From Escherichia virus TH13, in the sequence record MT446391.1: a stretch of DNA of 45,377 nt; one strand, written 5' to 3'. A program made the translations under genes and the position numbers. The first letter of the stretch is position 1. The number at the start of each line of letters is the position of its first letter. Of the stretch, positions 34,672-43,129 are shown in pieces. Under the pieces are notes generated by a model that did no database searches, was not told where the DNA came from, and saw nothing but the letters and a program-made list of their open reading frames with translations.

Positions 34672-36094
34672 TGCTTAAGTCCTCGTCAGTAGCTTCCGAC
34701 CACGCAGGGCGCGGGTCGTCGATTGGTGCTAACACCGGTTTGGCAGGTGCGCGCGTGATTTTATCACACAGCTTCGCCCACACTTTCGGTTTTTCGTCCT
34801 TCAGTACCTTCTCGGCATCCGTAGGGCTGAGCAATGTTTCTTTGTACATCACATCGCGCTTGATCCGGGCCTTCGTGAAGATTTCAATAACTTCGCTCTC
34901 GTCCGCCCACTTACGGATCCCTTCCTTACCGGCAACCATCTTGAGGCCCAGCGATTCGCCATCGCCCGCCATAACCGCTTTGAATACCGCGGACTCGATA
35001 GCCTTGATGTGCTGGCGCATTGCGTCAAGACCTTCATATGCCTTGCGCAGTTCCGCCGCGCTCATAGCGCCTGGTGCCGCTTCTTTCTCACCACGCTTCG
35101 CACGTCGTGCCGCTTTGCGGGCTTCGCGGGCCATATTGCGGTCGTGATTGGCGCATTCTTCCTCTGTCGCAATACTCACGTCGTCGCCCAGGTCTTCGTC
35201 TGTTGCCGTTGGTGGGGTCATCGTGTCGATTGCAGCCTTAGCGCGGGCGCTACACTGATCCGCAAATCTGCACCACTGGCACGCATCGACGCTGGGCCGG
35301 AAGTCTGCGCGGGTTAGTCCCTTTTTGCCGCGGGCGTACGCTTCCAGGGCGGCGATAGCACGCTTGGACGCAAACTTCGCGAATATCTCCAGGGCTTCTA
35401 CAGAAATATCCCACTCCGACGCCCCGCCGCAATACGGCTGGAAGATAACCAGGCGCACGGTCGTAATATCGTACATGGTTTGCAGCTTGCGCAGCAGGCC
35501 CAGCGCATACAACATAAGCTGTTTGTTTTCTTTCGCCTCGACCTTATGTCGTCCCGTCTTCAGGTCGCCAACAATCAGCATGTACGTGCCGTCGGTCTTC
35601 TTCATGACCATGACCATATCGGCAGTACCGAACGTCTTAACCCGGTTGCCGTCGATCTCGAAGCCGGAGTGTAGGACGCGGGTAAGATCGGCGCGCATCT
35701 CAAGCTGAACAAACTCCGCCACTTCGAGGAGCGGTCGCCAGTGGTCGATGTATGCGTCGCACTGTTTCACCATATCGTCGTTGACCAGTACGCCACCTTT
35801 CGGTGCTTTCGGGTGCGCCTTTACCGGTCCCTTACCTTCGTTCTCTACGTAGCACCCTTTGTACGTCTTCGCTGTTATTCCCTTCTCACCGGCGATAATG
35901 CGGTTGAGCACGACTTCAGATACGGTGTGCATACTCGTACCGTTAATCGCCGCCTGCCCGGATTCGTTCGGGATATCTTTTTCTACCACCAGGGCGGCAG
36001 GGCAACCCATCCATTTTTTAGCACCGGATGGGCCGAGTAAAGAGTGTTCCGTGTTGCTACCGGATTGCGTTTTACGTTTTGGTTTAATCGCCAT
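34664..36094 (-). CDS. PD-(D/E)XK nuclease, Cas4/RecB-like with C-terminal Cys cluster
   Basis: 476 aa; N-terminal LLGPSGAKKWMGCP, core IVGDLKTGRHK, C-terminal CQWCRFADQC cysteine cluster as in Cas4/AddB-type Fe-S nucleases. Confidence 0.65.
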   Translation of the reverse strand: MAIKPKRKTQSGSNTEHSLLGPSGAKKWMGCPAALVVEKDIPNESGQAAINGTSMHTVSEVVLNRIIAGEKGITAKTYKGCYVENEGKGPVKAHPKAPKGGVLVNDDMVKQCDAYIDHWRPLLEVAEFVQLEMRADLTRVLHSGFEIDGNRVKTFGTADMVMVMKKTDGTYMLIVGDLKTGRHKVEAKENKQLMLYALGLLRKLQTMYDITTVRLVIFQPYCGGASEWDISVEALEIFAKFASKRAIAALEAYARGKKGLTRADFRPSVDACQWCRFADQCSARAKAAIDTMTPPTATDEDLGDDVSIATEEECANHDRNMAREARKAARRAKRGEKEAAPGAMSAAELRKAYEGLDAMRQHIKAIESAVFKAVMAGDGESLGLKMVAGKEGIRKWADESEVIEIFTKARIKRDVMYKETLLSPTDAEKVLKDEKPKVWAKLCDKITRAPAKPVLAPIDDPRPAWSEATDEDLSNE

Positions 36095-36282
36095 TATTCC
36101 ACCCTTGAAAATTGAGCAATGTAATAGTCGTGTTTAACATTGGCCCGCTTCGCGGCTTCGTTCATGGTCGATGCCAGTCCTCGGGCTTGCGTCCAGCAGC
36201 AATTCCAGTTTTGATTCATAACAATTTCGGGCTGCTCGTCGCCGGTGATACGGCAACGAAATAAAACAAAGAATATAGCCAT
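36094..36282 (-). CDS. small hypothetical protein
   Basis: 62 aa; ATG overlaps stop of upstream gene (TAAATG). Confidence 0.35.
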   Translation of the reverse strand: MAIFFVLFRCRITGDEQPEIVMNQNWNCCWTQARGLASTMNEAAKRANVKHDYYIAQFSRVE

Positions 36283-36534
36283 TTATTTCGTCTCCCAGCG
36301 GTCAATCGTTCTTGCTTCGGATGCAACCGCAAAGCGAACATATTCCAGATTGGAGTCCGCCCAAATATAAAAGTCGGGGTTAGTAAAGGTGGTGCGCTTG
36401 ATTTGCGCGGGCGTGTTACGGCGTTTATCTATTACGGCAACGCGGGATTGAAAGCTGCCGATGCGTTCGAATAGCCAATAGTACGGGCGCTGGTCGCGGG
36501 AATCCACCGCCTCGATTAGCGTGAATCGTGCCAT
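36283..36534 (-). CDS. hypothetical protein
   Basis: 83 aa; RBS gaggacgag. Confidence 0.5.
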   Translation of the reverse strand: MARFTLIEAVDSRDQRPYYWLFERIGSFQSRVAVIDKRRNTPAQIKRTTFTNPDFYIWADSNLEYVRFAVASEARTIDRWETK

Positions 36535-36544
36535 TGTCTCGTCC

Positions 36545-36573
36545 TCTAAAAAGAGGCCCGCTAATATGCGGGC
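36545..36573 (-). terminator. rho-independent terminator after first early genes
   Basis: minus-strand ggcccgc-auauua-gcgggcc hairpin followed by U5. Confidence 0.6.
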
Positions 36574-36582
36574 CGGATAATA

Positions 36583-36708
36583 TTAATCTTCACCGCCGAG
36601 TTGTTTATAAACCTCGTCCGGGTCGTCGCCTCTTTCTTCGCAGAAGGCGGTGAATGCCGCCCAATTTTCTGCTATGAAATCGAGCATGATTCTCATTTCA
36701 TAGTCCAT
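36583..36708 (-). CDS. small hypothetical protein (about 41 aa, acidic)
   Basis: MDYEMRIMLDFIAENWAAFTAFCEERGDDPDEVYKQLGGED; below track cutoff; coordinates approximate. Confidence 0.3.
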   Translation of the reverse strand: MDYEMRIMLDFIAENWAAFTAFCEERGDDPDEVYKQLGGED

Positions 36709-36712
36709 GATA

Positions 36713-37231
36713 TTAGTCTTCCAGTTCGAAATAAGTCTCGACGATTTCTTTTAAATCTTTGTGGAAGTCTTCGACGTCGTCGTCTTCCAGCTTGGCGATT
36801 GATTTGATCTCGAACGCTTCCAGCAGGTCGTCAAATTCGTCGTTAGCATCGTCGTCATCGCCACCGGCGATAATCGCGGCGTACTGCTTGATCTCGTCGC
36901 GCATCTCTGCCAGCGGATCGGCATCTTTCTTCCCTTTGCCTTTCGCCGGAGCTTTTTTACCCTTCGCCGGTTTTTCGTCTTCGGCTTCTTCATCGTCGTC
37001 ATCTTCTACGACTTCTTTTTTGGCCTTACCTTTAGCCGGGGATTTTTTAGATTTAGCCGGTTTTTCGTCTTCGGCGTCATCGTCGTCATCTTCGACAACT
37101 TCTTTTTTGGCCTTAGACGGCTTCTTATCTTCCTGTTTACCAACGGCAGCGCCAACGGTTTCATAATGCTTTGCAATGGTTTCCAGTGCTACTACGCCGC
37201 GAGTGATCAGGTTTACGATTTGCTCAAACAT
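36713..37231 (-). CDS. acidic charged-repeat protein, first gene of early arm
   Basis: 172 aa from ATG (MFEQIVNL...) with RBS ggagatatacc; two 30-aa repeats EVVEDDDD-AEDEKPAK-KK-PAKGK-KK and an acidic C-terminal helix; track ORF extends upstream without RBS support. Confidence 0.6.
   Translation of the reverse strand: MFEQIVNLITRGVVALETIAKHYETVGAAVGKQEDKKPSKAKKEVVEDDDDDAEDEKPAKSKKSPAKGKAKKEVVEDDDDEEAEDEKPAKGKKAPAKGKGKKDADPLAEMRDEIKQYAAIIAGGDDDDANDEFDDLLEAFEIKSIAKLEDDDVEDFHKDLKEIVETYFELED
36966..37114 (-). repeat. in-frame coding tandem repeat (90-bp period) in acidic early gene
   Basis: gccggtttttcgtcttcggc...cttcttttttggcctta repeated twice. Confidence 0.6.
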
Positions 37232-37468
37232 GGTATATCTCCGATTGGTTAAGTTTAGGTGTCGGCAGTTAACTTCGTCGCTGGCCTTAACATATTGCCA
37301 GGTTACGCGTTCTCCCGTTCGGGTAGTGGACCTGGTTATATAATCACGGTTGGGAATCCTGACACTTCGATCCGGCCCCTGCGTTGCCCCTCTCCAGTTT
37401 GCGTCCTGCATCCTGTCGACGGAGTGAATGATAGATTGGTTGCAGGATAGGTGTCAACAACTAATTTC

Positions 37469-37502
37469 AAAAAAAAAGCGCCGAGGCAAAATGCGACGGC
37501 GC
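37469..37502 (-). terminator. promoter-proximal rho-independent terminator in early control region
   Basis: minus-strand gcgccg..cggcgc hairpin (plus 37478..37502) followed by U9. Confidence 0.6.
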
Positions 37503-37527
37503 TAACCAATAAGAGACAATGAGACGA
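37469..37527 (-). ncRNA. candidate short leader/small RNA between leftward promoter and terminator
   Basis: predicted leftward promoter at 37533..37561 followed within about 60 nt by a strong terminator; no ORF. Confidence 0.25.
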
Positions 37528-37532
37528 GAATT

Positions 37533-37561
37533 ATTATTACACGCGTGCGCGCCCGTTTCAA
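37533..37561 (-). promoter_or_regulatory. sigma70-like leftward promoter (TTGAAA-N17-AATAAT)
   Basis: read on the minus strand; back-to-back with the rightward promoter. Confidence 0.45.
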
Positions 37562-37573
37562 TATCCAAAGGAT

Positions 37574-37602
37574 TTGACACCGTGCAGTTTTGGGTGTAGT
37601 TT
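37574..37602 (+). promoter_or_regulatory. sigma70-like rightward promoter (TTGACA-N17-TAGTTT)
   Basis: consensus -35 TTGACA, 17-bp spacer, weak -10; about 30 nt upstream of the HTH gene. Confidence 0.45.
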
Positions 37603-37633
37603 CGTTGGTCATTAACCAACTGAGGGCAGAGCA

Positions 37634-37963
37634 ATGAATGTAAACGACGCAATCGAAATGTTAACGAAGACTGTTTGCAGTGAGACAAGCCGGTCGTGGG
37701 CATACACCGATGCCGTGGGGGCTGTGTTATTTGAAATCGAACGACTGCGGCTTACCGAAAAAGAATTGCGCGCCAGGCTGGAACTACTCAACGGTACAGC
37801 AGCAAGCAAGCTGCAAAAACACAATGAAGAAATGGAAGAATACAAAAAGCAGGTTATCCGTTTGCGCGCCGAGGGTAAATCATGGGCGATGATTGCCGAG
37901 TTGACCGGGATTAATCAGAGCACAGTGCGCTCCTGGGTACGCAATAATAAAACTTCTAAGTAA
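37634..37963 (+). CDS. putative DNA-binding regulator (C-terminal helix-turn-helix)
   Basis: 109 aa; coiled-coil middle, C-terminal GKSWAMIAELTGINQSTVRSWVRNN HTH-like segment. Confidence 0.5.
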   Translation: MNVNDAIEMLTKTVCSETSRSWAYTDAVGAVLFEIERLRLTEKELRARLELLNGTAASKLQKHNEEMEEYKKQVIRLRAEGKSWAMIAELTGINQSTVRSWVRNNKTSK

Positions 37964-37973
37964 GGCCACGGCA

Positions 37974-40238
37974 ATGAGCTTGATTAAATTCGCTGTAACA
38001 AAACCCGCTAAAAAAGGCGAAAAAGCCAGGGCGGAAAACTTCCAGATGACGACCGATGAGTTTTTCGAATTTATCAAAGATGCGAAAGAAATCTCCTCGG
38101 TGCATATCAACAAGACGGAAGATAAAGCCGAGTATGCGCGCCGCAAGCGTAAGGCCGATGGCATCGTGGCGTATACCAGTGACGGATTGCGTCGTAAGAC
38201 CAGTGCGGTGGACCGCTCGATCCTGTTCTTTGATATTGACCGCACCGACACCCGCACCCTGCGCCGCTGCCGTAAGGCGTTCATCGACGCGGGACTGGAA
38301 CATGTATTTCACACCACAACCGGCGACCGCCACCCGCTGAAAGGTGGCACGCGTTGCGCTCGTTTCCTGGTGCTCACCGACAAGCCTGTACCGGCGGAAG
38401 ACCTAGGCCGCGTACAGTATGCACTGTTACACCAACTGGGCCTGTCAGATGTGGACTTCGATGATTGTACGAAAGACACAAACCGCCTTATGTACCTACC
38501 ACACCAGCAGTCCGTTGTTAAGTGTCACTACGGCAAACGTGCCCGCGTCCGTCGTCTGCTTCGCCTGGCGGATAAGCTGGGAGTGGAAAAAGAGGAAGTA
38601 CGACGCGAACTGACCCAGGGCGATGACGGCGTGGCTGACGGTATTCTGGATTGGTGCTTCCAGGCGGGATTCGAACCGCTGTCGTCCGGTCGTGGTTATG
38701 AAGTGCCATGCCCGAACGAACACCTGCACAGTGGTGAAGGGTCCACCGCTATCATGGTTAAGGATGGCGAGATCCGTTTCAAGTGTATGCATACCGGCAA
38801 CGAGTGTTGCTCGGAGCTGAACAGACACCAGCACCTGGCGCTACGTCTTATCGGGATCCCGGACCACCTGAACGTCGAACCGCACAACATGTCACGTAAG
38901 CAAATCGCCGCCATCCTTCCAGGACTGGACGACGAGGAAGTGGAATCGTGCTATGCGCATATCGTTGATGCGGTCGGAGACGGCGACGAGTACGGCGGAT
39001 GTACAGATGCAGACCTGGACAACGAGCCGGTTGCGCTGTTCAGTAAGCACGACCCGATCATCGAGGGGCTGATTAACTTCAAATCGACCTGGTATCTTGC
39101 TGGCGAGTCGAACATCGGTAAATCGTTCTACGTGCTGGGCCAGATGGCGTCAGTATCTGCCGGTATTCCGTTCGGCGGCGCGAAGGTCGTCCAGTGCCAC
39201 AACTTCTATTTCGACGCGGAAGGTGGTGAAGCCTCCAACCAGCGTAAGGAAGCATTGCAGATCAAATATGAGCACGACCTGGACAAGCTGCACATTATCG
39301 ATCTGCAGTCACGCGGCTGGGATATCACCAGCAAATCCGGCTTGCGTGAAGTTATCAGCTTTATCAACCGCACCGCTAACGGCGAGCCGGTTGGCCTGGT
39401 GGCGTTCGACTCACTCAACCAGACTGTCGCGTTGCGGTCAGCCGATGCTAAACCGTTCGACGAGAACAACGCCAGCGATATGGGCGAAGTGGTCAAAGCG
39501 CTGAAGGCTATTGCGGAAAACACAGGCGGCAGTGCGGGAGTCATCCACCACCCGGCGAAAGGTGCAAACGGCAGCAGATCTCCCCGCGGGTCCGGCGCGC
39601 TGCATGGTGCTGTCGATTCCGCGTTCTTCCTGGAGCAACCGGACGACAATCAGCCGGGCCAATTGAACCTGTACCATGAGAAGGCACGTAACGGCATCAA
39701 GCAAGCGCCGCGCGGCTTCGTCCTGCTTAAGTGCAAGGTTAAGGTGGATCTCCGCAAGTCAGAGGCGTTCGAATCGCACCAGTCCACCAGCACCGGGCCT
39801 GACTTCGGTGATGTGGTTGCAGGATGGGACGTCAAGCCGATCGCATCAACGCCACGCGACGAGACTCTTTACCTCGTACCTGTCGCCCTGGCACCGTTCG
39901 CTATTGAGCAGGCGAAGGCCGCGGGTAAGGCAGCAGTTAAGGAAGAGAACCCCGCAGGACCGCGCAACGAAAAAGAGAAAGTGCTTTATGCGGCGCTGGA
40001 AAAACTGATGGAAGATAACCCGGACCATACCGGATTCAGTAAATCGGCAATCGTCCGCCAGGCTGGACTTGCGAAAGGTGGCACATCGACGAAGGCAATA
40101 GACGATATGGTCGAGCGCGGCGTGCTCGGTTTCTATACAGATCCGCACACCGGGGCCATCTATGGGTCATCGAATATCGTCATCAAAACGAATATACCCA
40201 TCACGCTTTCGGCGACCGATGATGATTTAAAAGATTAA
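37974..40238 (+). CDS. DNA primase/helicase-like replication protein
   Basis: 754 aa; Zn-binding-like CPNEHLHSGEGS...CMHTGNECC; C-terminal RecA/DnaB-like ATPase segment (Walker A-like AGESNIGKS, ...VAFDSLNQ...). Confidence 0.6.
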   Translation: MSLIKFAVTKPAKKGEKARAENFQMTTDEFFEFIKDAKEISSVHINKTEDKAEYARRKRKADGIVAYTSDGLRRKTSAVDRSILFFDIDRTDTRTLRRCRKAFIDAGLEHVFHTTTGDRHPLKGGTRCARFLVLTDKPVPAEDLGRVQYALLHQLGLSDVDFDDCTKDTNRLMYLPHQQSVVKCHYGKRARVRRLLRLADKLGVEKEEVRRELTQGDDGVADGILDWCFQAGFEPLSSGRGYEVPCPNEHLHSGEGSTAIMVKDGEIRFKCMHTGNECCSELNRHQHLALRLIGIPDHLNVEPHNMSRKQIAAILPGLDDEEVESCYAHIVDAVGDGDEYGGCTDADLDNEPVALFSKHDPIIEGLINFKSTWYLAGESNIGKSFYVLGQMASVSAGIPFGGAKVVQCHNFYFDAEGGEASNQRKEALQIKYEHDLDKLHIIDLQSRGWDITSKSGLREVISFINRTANGEPVGLVAFDSLNQTVALRSADAKPFDENNASDMGEVVKALKAIAENTGGSAGVIHHPAKGANGSRSPRGSGALHGAVDSAFFLEQPDDNQPGQLNLYHEKARNGIKQAPRGFVLLKCKVKVDLRKSEAFESHQSTSTGPDFGDVVAGWDVKPIASTPRDETLYLVPVALAPFAIEQAKAAGKAAVKEENPAGPRNEKEKVLYAALEKLMEDNPDHTGFSKSAIVRQAGLAKGGTSTKAIDDMVERGVLGFYTDPHTGAIYGSSNIVIKTNIPITLSATDDDLKD

Positions 40239-40313
40239 ATTTTGCGCGCATTGGTTGCCGATATGGGAATTCCCATATCGCTAGAAGATTAAATTTTGCG
40301 CGCATTGGTTGCC
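40231..40313. repeat. 29-bp perfect direct repeats flanking a 22-bp perfect palindrome
   Basis: aagattaaattttgcgcgcattggttgcc x2 around cgatatgggaattcccatatcg; third partial copy (tattggttgcc) about 40339; first repeat contains the primase stop codon. Confidence 0.7.
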
Positions 40314-40387
40314 ATTTTGAGTGTTTTTATCTGGTCGTATTGGTTGCCGTGTAGTGTAAATATAGTGAATAGTTATGCAGTTTTATT

Positions 40388-40562
40388 GCATAAAGTAAGC
40401 GGGACAAAAAGCGGGACAAACAAGGGGCGGGACAAAGCGGGACAGCACCCCTGTCCCACCCCGGATGACGCGGCCTGGAGAGGAGCGGGACAGGCGGGAC
40501 AACCCCCAGTCTTTCAGACTAGACGGGGGGTCAATGGCCCCCCTCGTCTGAGACTGAATAAA
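40388..40562. repeat. GGGACA-iteron element copy 2
   Basis: tgcataaagtaagcgggacaaaaagcgggacaaacaagg-gcgggacaaagcgggacagcaccc ... agtctttcagactagacgggggg-tcaatgg-cccccctcgtctgagactgaataa; about 75 bp 5-prime and 60 bp 3-prime near-identical to copy 1, middle about 40 bp diverged. Confidence 0.7.
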
Positions 40563-40716
40563 ATCCGGGGATTGCAAAATACACGGCAGCATGATGCGAA
40601 GTGCGGTCGAGGATGAACTAGGCAACCAATGCGAGATGCATTATGCTGAGTGAAAAATGCAGTTTGCAGTCACAGCAGATAGCGATCAACTTTTTCATGC
40701 GCATGTTTGATATTGG

Positions 40717-40745
40717 TTGCATTCAACCCGGCACCTGGCTATATT
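40717..40745 (+). promoter_or_regulatory. sigma70-like promoter (TTGCAT-N17-TATATT) for 40774 operon
   Basis: -35 is part of an ATTGGTTGCAT motif; about 30 nt upstream of the start codon. Confidence 0.5.
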
Positions 40746-40773
40746 GGTTGCGCACCAACATGAGGACTGAACA

Positions 40774-41064
40774 ATGAGAGCGTTAATCTGGAATTACACA
40801 ATGGCAGTGGCAAAACCGGTCGAAGCGAGATATACCAACGGCAGAGCACCGTGGGAGCGCCTGGTAGCTCCGACCTGGTTTGCGGTCATGGATGCGACCG
40901 CGGGCATGGAAGACCCCGAGCCGTTGCGCGCGGCTATCAGGGCTTACGCGCTTGCATTTGCCCGTGAACGCCTGGCCTATCGCTTCGGTATTGGCGATAA
41001 GGCAGTGACAAACGTCGCCCGGATTAAAGCCCAGCGCGAACTATTCTCCAAGCTTGCGAAATAA
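40774..41064 (+). CDS. hypothetical protein
   Basis: 96 aa; RBS gagga. Confidence 0.5.
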   Translation: MRALIWNYTMAVAKPVEARYTNGRAPWERLVAPTWFAVMDATAGMEDPEPLRAAIRAYALAFARERLAYRFGIGDKAVTNVARIKAQRELFSKLAK

Positions 41065-41073
41065 GGGGCCAAA

Positions 41074-41343
41074 ATGAGCCGTAGGCGCGCTAAACAGCTT
41101 TCCTGGCATATCCCCCTGCATTGCATACGAATATGGGCTGAGAATGCGGTTGAGGGCGAATCTGTATTCTGGTGCTATCGCGATGATGTGAAGCCGTTGA
41201 CGCAGACTCGCTACTTGCACCAGTTCGCAGCACAACACGATTTCAGGGTGCGTACTTCCTTGCAACCAATTGGAATACGTATTACATTACGCCGGAAGCC
41301 CGCCGTTGAGCGGGTAGGCAAACACTGGAGACTGAGCAAATGA
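41074..41343 (+). CDS. hypothetical protein
   Basis: 89 aa. Confidence 0.45.
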   Translation: MSRRRAKQLSWHIPLHCIRIWAENAVEGESVFWCYRDDVKPLTQTRYLHQFAAQHDFRVRTSLQPIGIRITLRRKPAVERVGKHWRLSK

Positions 41344-41483
41344 CACCAGCACTAATGGCGGGATTCTCGCAGAAGTTTATTTCTGTTGATGCCTGCATAG
41401 CAGATTATGAGATGGACGGCATCGCTACTGTATGCGATGGCGACACGAAAACTGCCGATGAGATTGAGGAGACAGAGCAATGA
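41340..41483 (+). CDS. small hypothetical protein (47 aa)
   Basis: ATGA-coupled to both neighbours; below track cutoff. Confidence 0.3.
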   Translation: MTPALMAGFSQKFISVDACIADYEMDGIATVCDGDTKTADEIEETEQ

Positions 41484-42037
41484 AATTACTATTCCGCCGC
41501 AAATCGGACGGGCGCATTCTTAAGCCGATACAGACCCTGGACGCATACGTGCGCCTACAACAACCGGCAAACAAAAAAGTATTCCGCGCGCCAACAAGCA
41601 CGCTGCCGCAGTTCTTCACGGTACACGCCCACGATATCGAGCGCGGCGATGTGCTGCGTGATATTCGCGACTGCAGTATGTGGATCGTCGAGTATGTCGG
41701 GCTTCATGGCCTGCGTATGCAATCCCGCAAGGATGGCGTAGCCGGTATGACTTACTTCGGCCTCGTAAATTACGAGCGAGTGGGTCGCAAATACAGCCTT
41801 CGGGACCGCCAGCCGCATGAGCGCGTCGAGTTCCGCAAGTCGCAGCCAGCCTATGCCACCTACGACGCGAGCAAAGTGATGGAGCCGATCCGCCAGGCCA
41901 CGCGTGAGATAGTCAATCGCTTTGATGCCGTGACGAATGCACAGCGCCAGGCGCTGGAATACGGTGCGGGATTTATCCGTGTCGAACCAGACGGCAGCAT
42001 GAAGGCCATCGACCCGCGCTCGGTGATTCTGAAATGA
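41480..42037 (+). CDS. hypothetical protein
   Basis: 185 aa. Confidence 0.5.
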   Translation: MKLLFRRKSDGRILKPIQTLDAYVRLQQPANKKVFRAPTSTLPQFFTVHAHDIERGDVLRDIRDCSMWIVEYVGLHGLRMQSRKDGVAGMTYFGLVNYERVGRKYSLRDRQPHERVEFRKSQPAYATYDASKVMEPIRQATREIVNRFDAVTNAQRQALEYGAGFIRVEPDGSMKAIDPRSVILK

Positions 42038-42180
42038 GTGCGTCTATCCGTGATATGCTTCAGCATAACCGCTTCGAGATAGGCGGTAGGGTGTTTCGCA
42101 ATTACTTCGTGGCGCGTGCATGGGCGCGCCATATTGGCAAACCGGAAGGGGCAATTCGATGCTATACGTCTTCGCGGTAG
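42034..42180 (+). CDS. small hypothetical protein (48 aa)
   Basis: ATGA-coupled to preceding gene; below track cutoff. Confidence 0.25.
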   Translation: MSASIRDMLQHNRFEIGGRVFRNYFVARAWARHIGKPEGAIRCYTSSR

Positions 42181-42244
42181 TATGTGGCGGTAGTCTGGCG
42201 GCCCTGGTGCTGTTGGCGTCGGTTATTAGTCTGGTTAAATACCT

Positions 42245-42544
42245 ATGGGGCAGATTATGATTCATGATGTGATTTATTGGTTTGGTTTGATCTGCGGGCT
42301 ATGCCTGCTTACCGCGGTGCTGTTGGGCATCCTGATGTTCGTCGTATGGCCTGCAGTGGAAGCCGCCAGTATTACCCGCATGACGTTCGAGGTATACAAG
42401 CGCCGCGGGATCACGGAGCACCCGACCAGGTTACGCATGTGGTGGCTGTGGTATCGGGATATGATTGGGGGCCGGATGTTCGAGGCCGTCCGATCGGAAG
42501 GATGGGAATGGAAAGGCGTCGGCAAGTGGTCCGTTTTCGATTAA
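42245..42544 (+). CDS. small membrane protein
   Basis: 99 aa; N-terminal TM segment (VIYWFGLICGLCLLTAVLLGILMFVVWPAV). Confidence 0.5.
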   Translation: MGQIMIHDVIYWFGLICGLCLLTAVLLGILMFVVWPAVEAASITRMTFEVYKRRGITEHPTRLRMWWLWYRDMIGGRMFEAVRSEGWEWKGVGKWSVFD

Positions 42545-42562
42545 TTATGCAAGCGTGATATA

Positions 42563-42596
42563 GTCCCAGTGAGCTAAAACTTACTGGGACTTTTTT
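42563..42596 (+). terminator. hairpin plus T-run directly abutting holin start codon
   Basis: gtcccagt-(12 nt)-actgggac followed by T6, then ATG of the holin-like gene with no room for an SD. Confidence 0.5.
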
Positions 42597-42887
42597 ATGG
42601 ATAAGCTAAACGAGTGGTTATTTGCCCTCGCATGTCTGGCGGGTGGCTTCGTAGGCGCACGCATTCATGGTGAGGCTACGAAGGGGCCGCTAAACTTCGT
42701 TTTGTATGTTGTAGTTGGCTTCCTGTGTGCCATATTTGGCGCACCGGCTATTGCCGAGTGGGCTGGTTTGTCGGGGGAGCGCACTGTCGCCGGTTTGGGC
42801 TTCGTAACCGCAATCTTCTGGATGCCAATCGCCGACCGGATCAGGGAGACTATTGCGTCGTTCCGACTTCCGGGGGGTGCAAAATGA
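42597..42887 (+). CDS. holin-like membrane protein
   Basis: 96 aa, three predicted hydrophobic helices, immediately upstream of second small membrane protein and endolysin. Confidence 0.55.
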   Translation: MDKLNEWLFALACLAGGFVGARIHGEATKGPLNFVLYVVVGFLCAIFGAPAIAEWAGLSGERTVAGLGFVTAIFWMPIADRIRETIASFRLPGGAK

Positions 42888-43129
42888 TTATCTCCGTCCT
42901 GTTGTTTGTTATCATCGGGGCTTCGTCCCTGTTTAACGTGTATGCGCCGTCCGTCCGGGATGGCATTTTCGGTCGGGTGCTGTATCTGTTAACGGCAATG
43001 GTCTGTATTATCGGATTGTTGCAAACAGGAGACGTATCAGATGCCACCTGGACCGCGTTAATCTGGCTGTTTGCATTGCGCACACTGCGTAATGCTGTTT
43101 TGAATGGGGTAAAACATGCGATTCAGTGA
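42884..43129 (+). CDS. holin/antiholin-like small membrane protein
   Basis: 81 aa from ATG with RBS gggggg; two to three hydrophobic helices; overlaps endolysin start. Confidence 0.5.
   Translation: MIISVLLFVIIGASSLFNVYAPSVRDGIFGRVLYLLTAMVCIIGLLQTGDVSDATWTALIWLFALRTLRNAVLNGVKHAIQ

Noticed and set aside
37467-37703. Minus-strand ORF 37467..37703 (78 aa) in the early control region
   Set aside because: Overlaps both promoters and the terminator hairpin, has no RBS and a low-complexity translation; the region is better explained as regulatory DNA.
38650-38680. tRNA-like T-loop motif (GGATTCGAACC) suggesting a minus-strand tRNA
   Set aside because: Lies in-frame inside the primase/helicase ORF (encodes QAGFEPLSS) with no flanking acceptor or anticodon stem structure; coincidental.
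40231-40313. Possible mini-CRISPR array (29-bp repeat, 25-bp spacer, 29-bp repeat)
   Set aside because: Only two repeats; the spacer is a perfect palindrome, unlike acquired spacers; the repeat contains the ATTGGTTGC promoter/operator motif and the primase stop codon; no cas genes or leader. More consistent with iterons or operators.
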